NCBI GenBank assembly: GCA_050575255.1
Contig: JBNZDD010013726.1
Span: 8,622,302-8,686,301 of the forward strand
Length of the DNA: 64,000 bases
Direction: 5' to 3'
Source of the DNA: Harriotta raleighana
Lineage: Eukaryota
How positions within the stretch are numbered: position 1 is the stretch's first letter; every line of letters starts with the position of its first letter. The translations under genes were made by a program, and so were the position numbers. This document shows positions 24,468 through 37,904 of the stretch, in pieces. The notes below the pieces were generated by a model, which was not told the origin of the DNA, made no database searches, and saw only the letters and a list, made by a program, of their open reading frames with translations.

Positions 24468-25409
24468 TATACACACGTTGTTTCATAGCAAATCTGATAT
24501 GGTCAAATCCGTTACACATTTTCCATTCAATAGCATGTGGTTAAAAACTAAATGAAATTCACAGTGGGTTGCAGAGATGTTGCTCAGGGATAGTGATATA
24601 CAGTGGTGCATCTTGGCAGATCCATAATCACAGTGATTATCATTCAGGAAGATGGCAAGCAGAGTGCGGCTATCCCCCGCAGGGAGGGGGGGAAAGAAAT
24701 GGAGAGGTAGTGTTAGCCTCAGCACTCTACTTCATAGCAAAGGACCTTCCCACTTTTTCCGTGAGTAGATGGGAGTAGAAAAATGGCATAGATAAATAGC
24801 TCGAATTGAACTCTGAGCAACCTCTTTTGGATTATAATTTCTTCCCTACAAGATCAAGACCTCACACAAATACGGACATCAATCAGTAACCAGATATCAA
24901 TTCTTGGATATTACCGCCTGCCAGCAACTAACACAGCAAGAATGCTGTCAGGCTAATCTGCAAAGCACAGTAAGTATAAAAGCCTAACTGACCCTGAAAA
25001 GCACATTGCAAATTCAATGGAATAATACATTGTCAAATATAATACAATGATCATAGTCTCTAAAGCAGGAGGGGGGAAAAAAAGCAATTTTCTTTTCTTC
25101 AGAGGAGGCTTTGGGAGGATAGGATCAGAAGCACAGGATTGACACAACTGAAAACAGAAAAATCACTTGCCCCAGAAAGGTCTTCAAACACAAATTCTGA
25201 AAGCTGTGATCACACTCCGACAATTATCTCCACAAAGAGTGAACCCATTGAATCTAAATAACTTAACCCCCTCAAAAGCCGAATGAGTAAAGACGGTAGA
25301 CGTCCAGGAACTATTGAGGCACAGCCCTTGGGTAGCAAAGGAGGAAAATAAGTGAAAGTGCAAAACGATCTGTGTATCTTGAAAATAATATTAATGTGAT
25401 AATAATGAG

Positions 25410-25729
25410 AAGAAGAACGTTTGCATTTTATACAGTGCCTTATCACATCTTCAAGGCATCTCAAAGCGCTTCAGAGGATATACTGTAGTGTGAATTGACT
25501 GCACCAATTGTGCACAGCAGAGTACACAAACAGTCACGGATTGAATGACCAAATCATTTTTAAAAAATTTAAGCAATATTATCCCCAGAGAAGCAATCTG
25601 TCAATCAACCAACGACTGGGTTCCTACTTAATGCTAAGGAAACTTGCCTGAAGTTTCGCCCTGCTATCAAACCTGGATACTCTCACTTGCGAGACGAGTG
25701 CTCTAACCGCTAAGCTACCAGGACTCCAC
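25410..25729 (-). mobile_element. tRNA-derived SINE, full length, variant middle region
   Basis: Ends in gagtgctctaaccgctaagctaccaggactccac (reverse-complement head). The tail ttgcattttatacagtgccttatcacatc lies near 25420. Confidence 0.85.
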
Positions 25730-25928
25730 AAATAAACATTGTACACACAAAAAATACCATGTCATGTTACAGTGACACAACCAAAACTTCTTAGTTGCAG
25801 CTCAATCATAAATCACAAGTGTGAAAAACAGCATGTCATGAAGGTCCAATATAGAGTGAGAGACTACACTCAACACCACACACAACTCACAATCACTGAC
25901 CCAATACTCATGATCAGTCAGTGCATAT

Positions 25929-26240
25929 AACAATAATAATAATAATAATCCTTGCATTTGATATAGCTCTTTGACGTCTTTTAGACGTCTCAAACTGCTT
26001 CACAGAATATACAGTAAAGTGAATTGACTGTATATTTGTGGGCGAAACGTGGCAGCCAAATGCGCACAGCAGCGTCCCACAAACAGTCGTGGATTGAAAT
26101 GACCAATTTATTATTGTGTGTTTTTTGGAAGGATTATTATTAGGTGTGTGAAGCAAGGAAACTTGCCCAAGGATTCGCCCTGATCTGCCTGGATTCAAAC
26201 ATAACTCTCACACTTGTAATCAGTAAGTTACAGGATTCCA
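25929..26240 (-). mobile_element. tRNA-derived SINE, near full length
   Basis: (aat)n ccttgcatttgatatagc...gcgcacagcagcgtcccac...aaggaaacttgcccaagg.ttcgccctgatctgcctggattcaaac. Confidence 0.9.
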
Positions 26241-27714
26241 TACAAGATGAGGTTTTGTAGCTCATGGATTCATTTGTTGCAAAAAAACCCAGTATGTTTG
26301 TGATCGCTGTGAGAGTTTTTTTTCCAAACTTAAAAGACTGATTAAGTTAACTTATGCTTTATAGCCATTTTAATAATGTTCTTTAACAAAACAGCTCATA
26401 AATCTTTCCAATCGGTCAGTCTCTAAGGTGTTGCTTCATTCCATAATCGGAAACATTATCATCCTCCTTAAACCAGACATTAGTATCTTCCATCACATTC
26501 CATTCATTGCACATCCTTCCTCATCACCTCCACCACCCATGCATTTAGTTGGTAAGGACAGGAAAAAAAGCACAACCTATTCTGTTACACTTCAGCTGAT
26601 CGTAAACGGACCACACCCAACAGCGAGAGCAATGATGCTCATTCATGTGCTCTGTTCAGAAATCATTCTTTGCATTTTAAAACTAGTTAGAGAAAATTAT
26701 TTTTCCTGTATAAACTCTCGTCTGTCACAATTACAGACTGGCAAATGGACTGCGCGATGCAATGGAAACTAACTGATGTTATCACATTGCAACCTGGCTT
26801 ACTCATAGCATCCTCAGATAGTGCTTAGTGAATTACACATTTTTAAAATACAGTAATAACACTTTTATAAAAAGATTTGTGCATCCTGGGCATTCCCTTG
26901 AGTCTATATCAACAAAGCTCCTAAACATGGACTTGTTATTAGCTTTATGCAACAAAACCATGGTATTTTAGGGTGTTTAAAGGCCTCTCTATAGGTTTAT
27001 CTGGAGCTAAAATTAATTCAAATTACAATCTGTTCATGATCACTGTTCATCGGTGAATATGAACAGCAACCATACATTTGAAAGTGGACAAGCTTTTTCT
27101 AAATGCCACGTATAATTACTGCAATACAAGAGTGTTATATAAGATTTTTGCTTTTTTTTTTTCGGATTCGCTATAATAATTGGTTGAACCCTGTTGAGCT
27201 ATATAGCCTGGATTTCCTTTTACTATTGGTTGAATCATCCTAGGCACTGCACTCAGGAACACTTTCACTGTGGCGAGTGAGGCTGCCTGAATGGGTGAAC
27301 CTGCTTGAAAGGTTCTAACTGGAGGCAGTTGTTTGCTGTCTGCTGCGAGAACTAAAGCCTCCATTTCCTCTCACCATCGAATTGCGACTTTGTAGAATGA
27401 CGGCTGACTTTCATTCGCCTGCACTGCCTTTGTATCGACACACGCGGTCATCAATGAATCAGCAAAATGGCCTTTTATGAAAAATAAATTGCGCAGAAAG
27501 CACTTGAATTACTGTACAATGTGAGTGAAAAAGCCAAAAGAATGTGCGAGCTGATGGTACTGCTGAACTACAGAACTGAAGTAGCTTCTTTAATACACTA
27601 AATAAAAAGCATTTGGAACAAGGTTGACTAAATTTGAATACGTATTATAAAAATTCCTGGCAGATCAATATTCCGCAAACAAACCCACTTTAGGATCAAA
27701 GTTGAACATAAATT

Positions 27715-28047
27715 GTGGAGCTCCTGTGGCTCAGTGGTTAGAGCACTCGCCTTACAAGCATGAGACCTGTGTTCGAATCCAGGCAGATCAGGGCGAAACC
27801 TTGGACAAGTTTCCTTACTCCACACGCCTAATAATAATCCCTCCAAAAAAAAAACACAATAATAAAAAAATTGGTCATTTCAATCCATGAGTGTTTGTGG
27901 GGGACGCTGCTGTGCGCAATTGGCTGCCGCGTTCCGCCCACAAATATACAGTCAATTCACCTTACTGTATATTCTGTGAAGCGCTTTGGGACGTCGATGA
28001 GATGTGAAAAGCGCCATATCAAATGCAAGGATTCTTCTTATTATTAT
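27715..28047 (+). mobile_element. tRNA-derived SINE, full length, young
   Basis: gtggagctcctgtggctcagtggttagagcactcgccttacaagcatgagacctgtgttcgaatcc head with intact A and B boxes. CpGs are retained. Possible 7-bp TSD ataaatt (27708-27714 / 28046-28052). Confidence 0.93.
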
Positions 28048-31000
28048 AAATTTAAACTATGAACAGATGAACAAATTCTTGATCCTTGGCGATCTTAAGG
28101 GAAACGCATCACAATAGTCGCGATGGCGGAGTTCTGTGGATCCCTTTATGAAAATAGGAGCAAAGGTAAAATATCATAACCCACGAAAGTAATGAACATG
28201 TAAATATCCAAACTTCTAACTAAAATGTTTCACAAGCAACTTATTTTAAGAGTGGATGTGTAACCGGTTTAAATTGGGCTCCAAAGATGGAGGTTTTGAG
28301 GCTAACATTTCTCAACTGAACTCTACTAATTTGCAAACCTGCTGGTTGGAATGAGTATGAATTCATTTTTGACAATTATTGATAAGACAGCAGGGCTGGT
28401 AAACATAGCCATTGTTCCACATAGAGTTAGTAGTAGTTTGGGGATGAGAAGAAATTAACGCTTTAAGTGTAACACCTACTGCATGTTAACCAACTACCAT
28501 GTAAACCTTTGTTTGGTTTGATGCTAGTGAAAGACTCTCTTGAGAGCAGTATCTTTGTTAATTTGACCAATAATAAAAGAAAATCCACGCAATAGAGTTC
28601 AACAGCTTCATAAACATGGGTGGTTCCACAGAACTGTGCCATTACTAAGTTTCAGCCTGATCATGTTCAGACTGGTTGTTTAATTCCCTCTGCCAAACGT
28701 TGAATGGAAACTTGGCAGTGAGGTTGATTGTTGATCTAAAGATCAAATACCTATCTTTGAATGTACACTAGTTTAATTTCCATACATTTAAGTCCTCGAG
28801 GATAAACTCACCAGTCAAATCTGGTGACATTTTCCTATTTACATACTGCACAAAGGCCTCAAATCCAAGATCATGCATTCTCAATCCAAGTTTGGGATTT
28901 GATGATGTCATCCTCAACAACGTGAAAGGCACTATGTAAGTGTAATTTTGTTTTTGGAACAAAAGATAAATTTAACAGGTTGGTGGTGCTGCTGACAGTA
29001 CAGCCAGCCTGACTCATCAGCAACATCTGGAATGGCTGACCAGTCACTGGCAGTAGGAAGTCATCAGAGCCAAAGTTAACCCTGCAAGCCAAAGCCGTAA
29101 TGGGTGATCCTAGCTAGACAAGAAGTGGGAAGGCTTGCCAGACAACAATATCAATGGTAAGCTATGCAGTTATAGCTGGTTAGACTCCAGCAGTACTCCC
29201 AGTACACACTGTGGATCCCCAAGCCTTGGCTCTTGCCAACCTGATGCTAAATTGGAATTTCTCGAATTAGGTAAACAGGATGCATCGTTATACGGACGGG
29301 GTGTGCGTACCATTCCAACAATCTATCTCAACTTGGTTTGGATATTCATGGTGTTGGGCTTCTTTCTGCATGTGTCAGACACCCAGCTGATCAAGACAAA
29401 GTACAATTTCACTGCACTTGATACCATGAGAAAGATGGCACATGATGAGCGAGGTATTTGGAGAATAAAATCTCCTTAATATCTTCAGAATTATAACACA
29501 GTGGTGTCAATTCCTGGAAAGAGGATATTTGTGATTTTATATCAAGACTTGACTTGTGCAATGACATTCAGCAAATCTAATGGCTGACAGTCAAAGAAAT
29601 TCTGCATCAACATACCTTTGTGATCCCACTTGCCTTTGGAAGCAGCAGTCCTATTGTTTTAGGAATATATCCAGAAATGAATTGAATGTCGTCAAACAAA
29701 ATTCTGTCAGCTATAAATTTTTACATATACAAGTACACTAATTCTTCTGATTACTACATGATACATTATCCTCACAGTGAGGATAATGTGAGGATAATGT
29801 ATCATGTAGTAATCAGAAGAATTTCTAGTGATTTGGAAAGAAGACTTTGAGACTTTTTTCAGACATCTTGCAAAAGAAACCAGCTTCTAAATTAAGACTT
29901 AATTGAAAACTTTTCCCACTGTTCTGCACAACCTTCAGTTGGAAGACAAAACAATCTTAAATCCCAAGACTAGCTGGTATTTCTAATTTGCCCCCCAAAA
30001 GTTCCTGCTAAGCATTTCTAAAAATAGCCAATGGGTTAATTCAATGATTCAATCTAAAGCNTCCAAAAAGTTCCTGCTAAGATCAGCATTTCTAAAAATA
30101 GCCAATGGGTTAATTCAATGATTCAATCTAAAGCAAAATTATGGAACACTTCACAGGGGCAATTGATATACATTTCTAATATGGTGATTTTGAGGGAAGG
30201 ACAAGAACAACAACAAAATTATATTCATAGAGTGAGCACTTTTCACATTGGGAGGAGATAAGAATAGATGGAAGACAGCCAGAAAACATTTTTTTATTCT
30301 GAGTACCTAACTGTATTACCAAAAGGCTTAGGATCCCAAGTTGCAGAACAACACCAAGGATGTGAATGGTACTAGCTAAAAATAGAAATTGTCAACAAGT
30401 GGTAAGGGGATGCCAAGATTTAAGTTTTAAAAGCATGTATACTGTAAGGGAAAGGAGTTTCATAAGCCTTGACAACCTAAAGAAAGTAGAGAACATAGGA
30501 AAATGTTTGGTGGCACAATAACCAGAGCAGTATTGATAAGATAAAATAAAAAGACAATAAAGATTGAATAGAGAGAAAATTCAGGCCAGGATTGAGAATC
30601 TAGACTGCTGTAGGTTCAGAGGTTCAGACTGCTGTAGGTTCAGTCAGAGAATGAACCACCACCTACTTGGAGGAAGGTAGATGACTATGAACATAACAAT
30701 TTAGGAACAGTTATGAATAGGAAGTTTGTCTCTCAGGAAACTTATTGCCAGATGTTCTGAACAGCACTTACAGAGAGAGACCTGGGACTAGATTATTTGC
30801 CCTTCCCATGCTTTAGTGACTTGAGGAACCCAAGAGCAAATGAAGAAAATAACAGGAAACGATGGGAGATAAGTAAATATAGATGATGAAAGTATGACTG
30901 CAAGACTACATATTGAGTTGAAGCTTTGTCACTGCTCTGAGCTCCTGTGTTCTGACAATTACAAAGAGGCACAATTGTTCAGTGCTGTGAATGTAAGTGC

Positions 31001-32714
31001 TCCTGGAATAACAATCTCACAAGCATCGCTAATATAAAATACTCCATGCACCAAAGTAACCTCTGGCACATGGAATGAGCTGAAGCTGCTGGATGTGAGC
31101 TTATCAAAGCTGCATCCACAGGAAATCCTGCTTTCCACTGCCGTCTTTTCCATCAGCAAAATCCGCAGTAGAAGCAATTTCCTTTTTTCCAGAACAATTG
31201 CTGTCTCAATTAATTGTTGTGCAATTAGAACTAATTTTAAACTTGCACCAAACAGAGCACTTGAAACATTTTGTGAAGCGAGGCTGAAAAGAGCCTTGCT
31301 GGAAAAGCGGCTTCCACGTTTCCTTGCAATTGTATTCAAAAAGGAAAGGGTTAGTAAAATAGATTTATAAACAAAAGGACAGAATATTGAACAGATGTAA
31401 TATTAAACATTTGATGTAGTGATTCCATTCAGAATAAGCTACATCCGAAAGCAGAGGTGGAATACATTGCTTGTCCATCTGGATAAAATCACATTTTATG
31501 CTGTCAAATAAAACAGTCTCAATATCCTCCTTATAATCTCTATCTCTGATGGGGAGTGGGGTGGGGGGGGTGGGGTGGGTGGGGATCAGCATGTGGTAGT
31601 TTTGCTATGTCCATTTGGAGAAGGAAAATAGAGCGGAAACGGCATCGTCTTAATGTATCAGAAATAGAATTGAGAGAAGAAAATGAAAAGGAAGCACTTT
31701 GAGAAGTTAACAAGGATAGATCCACAGTGCGGATTAGGTTACAGGGGAGTCGAAAAGATGGAAGGTCACCAGAGATTAACAAAACATTTGTACATCTCAA
31801 ACCCTGCCAGTGACTGAATGTGTGTCACTGGAACCTACAGGAATGCCACTCCAATGTGATCTCTCTCTCAGGCCAGTGCCTCGGGACATTCTCCAGCAAA
31901 CTGGAATATCTGCTAATTGTTCTATGCATATACTGTGAATGGTTTTAAAAGGCGAGAGGAAAACGCACAAATTCAAATTAAGTTACCTGAAATTACTTTG
32001 CAGGTAAAACTGGATAAGCAAGATACTGTATTATATAATATAATTTACATTTATAGAGTCATATCAGGTGGCGGGCTGGGGCACTTTAAAGCCTTTCTCA
32101 CTCCTGGCTGCTGAGGAGGGAAGTCTCCTTAAAGAACAATCAAATAGGTAAGAGGTATTGTACAAATCTGCACACAGGCAAATAGAACAGTTACGACTGA
32201 TTAAATAGCAATTATACAGTAGTTTGCATATATCATAGCAGTTGCTAAACTCTCTCCAATTCCCTATTGATGTTATCACATTAACTTGTGAAATGCAGGC
32301 CAGCTTGCTTTGACAACAACCACAAGGTGAATTATGTATCAGCACTGTGTTAAGTAATAGAGTTCAGCACAAACAAACCGGCCACTTTGAGCTTGTGGCT
32401 TGGGGTCAGTCAAGTGGTTACAGGTTAAATCACACTAAAGCAAATTCATGGAATCAGTTGACAGTGAGATGATCTTTGGGTTTTCTGCAATTAAAAAAAT
32501 ATTTTGAATAGATGCCCTCAACCGGTGGTCGTAAACGAGCTGTTTCTGGATATCAACACATCAATCAACAATTATATCTGGGAGTGAACTGGCTTGGTAG
32601 AAATTCAAATTATTACTAAACCACAAACCAAATTTATATAACTAGCATTACCAGATTCTAAACATGATCTGTAAAATATCAAACCTTGCACATTCTTTGC
32701 AGTAATACCAACTA

Positions 32715-33320
32715 CAGTGAAGCCCCGTTTATCCGTGACTCGATGAACCGGAAACCCCGTTGAACCGCAACCTCAAAAAAAAGTCCCGATTCGATAAACC
32801 GGAAGTTATCCGGCAGTATAGCGATGACGCATTTAATGCATCAATTGTTGCTCACGAATATTGGTGCAGGTACTTGGCTGGCTGCTAGTCTAGCCTAAAA
32901 TACTGCCTTTTTTTAAAAAAAAGTCACGCTACTGCTGCTTGGTTTTCTTCCCATGGCCGCCATTGCAGAAGTTAAGTATGAATAATAAAGTACTAATACA
33001 ATATTCTGTTATTACAGTATATCTGTTATTAGTTATTTAGTCTATTATTTGTATGGTATTGTTCACCATTTACAATAAAGTAGCCATACAATATTATTAT
33101 TACAGTATCTGTTATTACTGTATTTACTCTATTATTTATATGGTACATTGTATATCATTTACAATAAAATACCCATGCAATATTGTTATTATCTGTTATT
33201 ATATAGCCTATTATTAATATGGTATGTGTTCAAATATTTTTTCATTAACCGTTCAACTGGAAAACCATTTAACCCTCACTGGCCAGGTCCCATGGGTGCC
33301 GGATAAACAGGGTTTTACTG
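32715..33320. mobile_element. Non-autonomous Tc1/mariner (Tigger/pogo-like) DNA transposon, 606 bp
   Basis: TA|cagtgaagccccgtttatccg ... cggataaacagggttttactg|TA. The 21-bp TIRs (3 mismatches) start CAGT, with TA target duplication and no transposase ORF. Confidence 0.88.
32981..33240. repeat. About three diverged tandem copies of a ~90-bp AT-rich unit inside the MITE
   Basis: aataaagta..atacaatatt...ttattacagtat.tctgttatta...tctattattt.tatggta recurs three times. Confidence 0.8.
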
Positions 33321-36300
33321 TATTTGACAATGAGTCATGGTGGTATTGATAGACAAGGAAAAAAGAGCTCTTGTTTTATCACAGAAATTATTTTCCTGTG
33401 GACAAGCTTGTAAATTAATTACTTCCCTCAGTCTAGATTGAGACAAAGCATATTTTACAACTTAAAGAGGATCAGAAGGTTGTGGTTTGAAAACCTACAT
33501 TGGGACTTTTGTATTTCTAATAGTCCACGCTGATTCTCCGGGTGCCACATTGGGGGATGAGATTTTAAACTGAGTTTCTGGCTACCTAGTATGACTACCA
33601 GTCAATACACTTAAGAACAATTATAGGTAAAGTGTTTTAAGGATGTTTTGACAATATCAAACTTCAAAGACGGTACTATAAAATGACTCCATGATTGGTC
33701 AGATCAAGATGGAGTTCAAGCTAAATCAAACAATTCATATCAAATAAGCCACTCTGTCTCTTTCCCCCTCTCCCACCTAATGATGGTATAGTTTTATACT
33801 CCCATCATAGGACGTAAACAGAAAGTTAGATGTACAGTATAGAAAGCCCTAAGAAAACAGACCAAACAATAGTGAGCAAATGAAGGCCATCGTTAATAAT
33901 AGGAAGAGTGTGGCAAATAAATACATCTCAGTCCAAATCCAAGCCACATCACCTGCCTGCAGTTCATTGTCTTAAAATGTATTACTCTGTACAATATAAA
34001 CACCCCTTGAACAACAGTGGATAGCAGATGAGGGCAGAGTGACGGACCCAACATTGAATGTTACTAGTAAAAGAAGCAACGGATATCACACAGTGTGAGC
34101 TGTTGTGCAACTGCACCACTACAAATAGTCGGTAACTACAAGGAATGCATTGTACAGATTGTGAAAGTGTGTCTCAGGGCAGTGATCCATCATAGCTTTG
34201 AGATGAGGTTAGAAACTACAGGAAGTTTTTCACATCAATGCCTTCTCAACTTGCCTTCTCACCACCTTGAAACACGGATTGTGTTATTCTCTGCAGCCTG
34301 TACATACTTATATGTTTTTACTTAAACCGAGTTTTCGTTTGTTGTTGGTGCATATTCTAGTGAAGGTGGGTAAACTATGGTGATTGACAACATATAATGT
34401 GACCAGTGGCAAACTTGCTGTATATTCATGAGACGTATGCATTCCCCTTCATTACAAAGTGCTGTTACACAGGAACAGATCTGTTCGCTAGCTGTTTGGA
34501 ATGTGGGCTCATACAACATGTGTCTGTCAAGGCCATGTTACAAGCACCACAGGTCAAGAACATACTGTTCTTCAGTCTTCCACTGTACTGCGCTTGAGTC
34601 TCCAATCTCTCTCCCTTCAACTACAATTTTTCAAGTTTGCTGATTACAACCTGCTTCTGCTTGCATGTGTTTCCTGATGTTGCAATCTGCATTCAGAGAC
34701 AAGACACAAAACTACTTCAAAACCTATTTTTTTATATAAAAAAAGATGATGAGTTGCAAAATGGGGTATTAAAAAATTGTTGCTGGGAAATGTAGATAGA
34801 TCCGACAAGAGCTGGATTTTCCATCATGACTGAAACAAGTTTGAACAAGTAAAGAAAGGCATACAGTATTTCCTTCCAACTAAGAATATTGCTCCAATCC
34901 TCATCTGCAACAATCTCTTTGCTCTCAATAGTTTCCAACAGGTCCATGCTTGCATTGCAGTTTTATTTACTTGAATGGGAAGCTATTGTGATTTTGTGAA
35001 CATGAAACATGAAAAAATTAAAAGTGCAGGCAATCCAAGAGTAGTATATACTGTCACGTTAAGTTGTAGTCTCGGTTTTTGGTTCACAAACAAACAGATT
35101 GTCATCAGACCTGGAGCGTCATTCACTAAATACTTAAATCACAATGTTTCTTATGCAAAGTGACCTTGACTCTGAGCTGATGCTAATCGTTGCAAAGATT
35201 CTAACAATGGCAATCAGGTGAAAACTCATCTTTGTAGTTAGTTTGATACGAGCAAAAAAAATCATGAACAAAATAGGAAAGAGTGCCAACAAACCCCTCC
35301 GTGCGAGAAATACAAGATAATAATGTTTTGACCAGAAAGCTGAGGAGAAAAGGTAATTGCTCTAATAATACTGTACTTCCATTTAATAAAGCACCTTACC
35401 ACATCATTGAAACATTTCAAAATCCATCACAAGGTTTTACTTTAAACTGACATGGCTGTGTTGTGTTGCGTTGTATCACGTCTTGAAAGAGCACATTGTC
35501 TCAGATTTATCGGACAGTTTTAGCAAAACAAATTCTACACATTTTGAAGTTGCGTTATACCATTAAAAGGAATGCATTTAAAAGGTAGGATGATTGGTAG
35601 ATGAAGTTACAGGGTTTTCATTTTTAGTGCAGTAAGGTACCTTGCCCTACATGTAAAATAAGGAGTCAAATATCTCTTTGTAATCTTCAATTGCAGCACT
35701 TTCTAGAACCTATCATGAAGGGCACTTCAATAAGAAGCAACTGCTCTCTTAATAGCATTCCCCCTTTCACTATCATTATCAATAAATCTAGCACAAGAGG
35801 CTAAAATCCAAATGTTGGGACAATCCCATCTGTAAAGCACAGAGATCCATTTAATATACTCTTAATTTAAGTAGATATGTCCATTCTGCTTGTCAATCAA
35901 TACATGCTGCACATCAACAGAGCTTTTAAAACATTCTATAAAAGTTCTCTTTCCTGTTCCACATGCCATTAAACTATTTCAGACATTGTGGGAACGCAAT
36001 AATCTGAAATACGGACAACAAAATAGTCAAAAACATTTGCGAGCTATTTAGGAAGCAATCATTGGACAACTGGAAATTTAAAATAATTCAATTTCTGTCT
36101 GTCTACTCCGGTCTGCAGCTTTCTTCTAGATTATGAAACAGATTTTCAAACCAATTCTTACAGTAATACGCCCTGGTTTCAGTATGAAGGACTCTTCCAC
36201 CAGATACTACAATTCAACTTTCAATTGGCTTCCCTCGTATCCCTGTGGGAATTTTTGCTATTTAAACTATTGGTGCAGTAGATTTATTTTTAAATTACAC

Positions 36301-36734
36301 TCTGTATCATGTCCACATCACACCAGTTGATATTCTCTCTGCTTTCTGTTCTCTCTTTGTCTTCCCGCACCCCCACTTAAACCCCAGGGCAAAACTTCTG
36401 ACCTTATATTGTAGACTAGCACAAGCTTTATTTTACATTCATAAGCACTTCTTGGATGGGTTGTGCAACTTTGCTATACTGTAGTTTATTCCTGTTAAGT
36501 GATTGTTCATGAACTCTAATTGAAAATCAGCCCAGTGGCTCGAATGAAAACACTTTACACCTCTAAAATAAGGCCCGAGAGTTCCCATCTTAACACTCAA
36601 ATTTCCCATCTTCCCAAAGCTGTTCCAGCAGTTTTTACCGATGTCATAAGACAAAGCATTTTTCCAGATGTTGCATTTTATTTGAATGCAGTTTTAACAT
36701 ACTGAGCCATAATGGACTGATGTAAAATTGGTCA

Positions 36735-36865
36735 GAGTGCATGAATAAAAACCCAGACCCAGCTAAAATTAGAGTGTAAGTCTTGGAGCTCAAAGTCCAA
36801 ATGTGGGGGCTTGAACCCAAAACCATGTGACTCAAAAGGAGAAATTGCGAGTAACTGAGTCAAAC
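36735..36865 (-). mobile_element. Old SINE tRNA head fragment
   Basis: gtgggggcttgaacccaaaaccatgtgactcaaaaggagaaattgcgagtaactgagtca is the reverse complement of the Deu-SINE head. Confidence 0.6.
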
Positions 36866-37607
36866 TGTATAAGGATCATATACAGGCCAGACAGCTGGAT
36901 TCTACATAATAAAGAGCAGCAAGCAGTAATTAATTACAGGCCACACTTCTGTATTTCCCAGCAATGGGCTATGAGCAAGTGGCTTCGCTGAATAATAAGA
37001 GTTGGTCCGTGGCCAGAAGAGGGAAAAATATTGAAGATCTGGGAAGAAAGAAATGTTTCAACCATTCAAATCGTAAAAGAAAACATGTAGTCCGAAGGCT
37101 GCTGTTGCCAGATAGCATTACAAGTTAAAAGGTACTTCCCCCCCCCACCCACTATCTAAATTAATAAATTAAATTAATAAAATGCAATAGCAATATTACT
37201 GCTTATTTCATTGTACGTTTAATAATTCATTCAGTCAGCTTGATTTATTTTCCTTTCCTTACAAAACACTATTTATTTTAGTTTGCCTCAAATGTGCATC
37301 AACGTAAAGGAACCACAAGCCTTCCTTGGTGTTGATAGCACACTCACAGATATGCCAAATACTTCACGAACAATCTGCCAAATTGCAGTCAGTAACACAT
37401 AAGTTAAATATTATTTGAAGTGCAGGGGCAACATTTTCCAGGCAGCTACTTGGTTGAAGTGAGTATTACCTAGTCAGTGCGTGGTACAATGACAGGTGCA
37501 CCTGGCCAGCTCAGAGATAGAATAGGAATAGGAACATGCGTAGAATAGGCCTTTCTTTCCATTGATTAAATGTCTCGTTCACGTTTGTTGCGAGTAAAGA
37601 AATGTTG

Positions 37608-37855
37608 TCGCCCTGGCTCAGTTGGTAACACTCTTGCTTTCGAGTCAGAAGGTTGTGGGTTCAAGCCCCTATGTTTGGCTTTGAACTCCGAGTCTAGGCT
37701 AACATTCAGATACAGTGCCTCAGAGAACTGCATTGTTCAAAGTACTGTATTGCGCTTTGATGAGATGTTAGACCAAGGTTCCAGCTGCCTGTTCAGGTGG
37801 ATGTTAAAGATCCGATAGCATTATTCAAAAAAAAAGGATGTTTTTCCTGGTGTTA
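37608..37855 (+). mobile_element. Deu-SINE (SacSINE1-like)
   Basis: tggctcagttggtaacactcttgctttcgagtcagaaggttgtgggttcaagcccc...gatgagatgttagaccaaggt...ttcaggtggatgttaaagatcc. Confidence 0.8.
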
Positions 37856-37904
37856 TATTAATGTAAGATGTTGTTGTTGTAGTAATAGAGCTGCCAAAGT
37901 TTTC

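Noticed and set aside
27715-27790. tRNA-Val-like gene
   Set aside because: It lacks a proper acceptor stem and continues directly into the SINE body. The same head recurs at 11200, 14350, 60159 and 62028.
33900-34950. Possible very old minus-strand LINE (IVYPPSLEYAPT resembles LVRP.LEYA)
   Set aside because: A single weak motif; too degenerate to call without a profile search.
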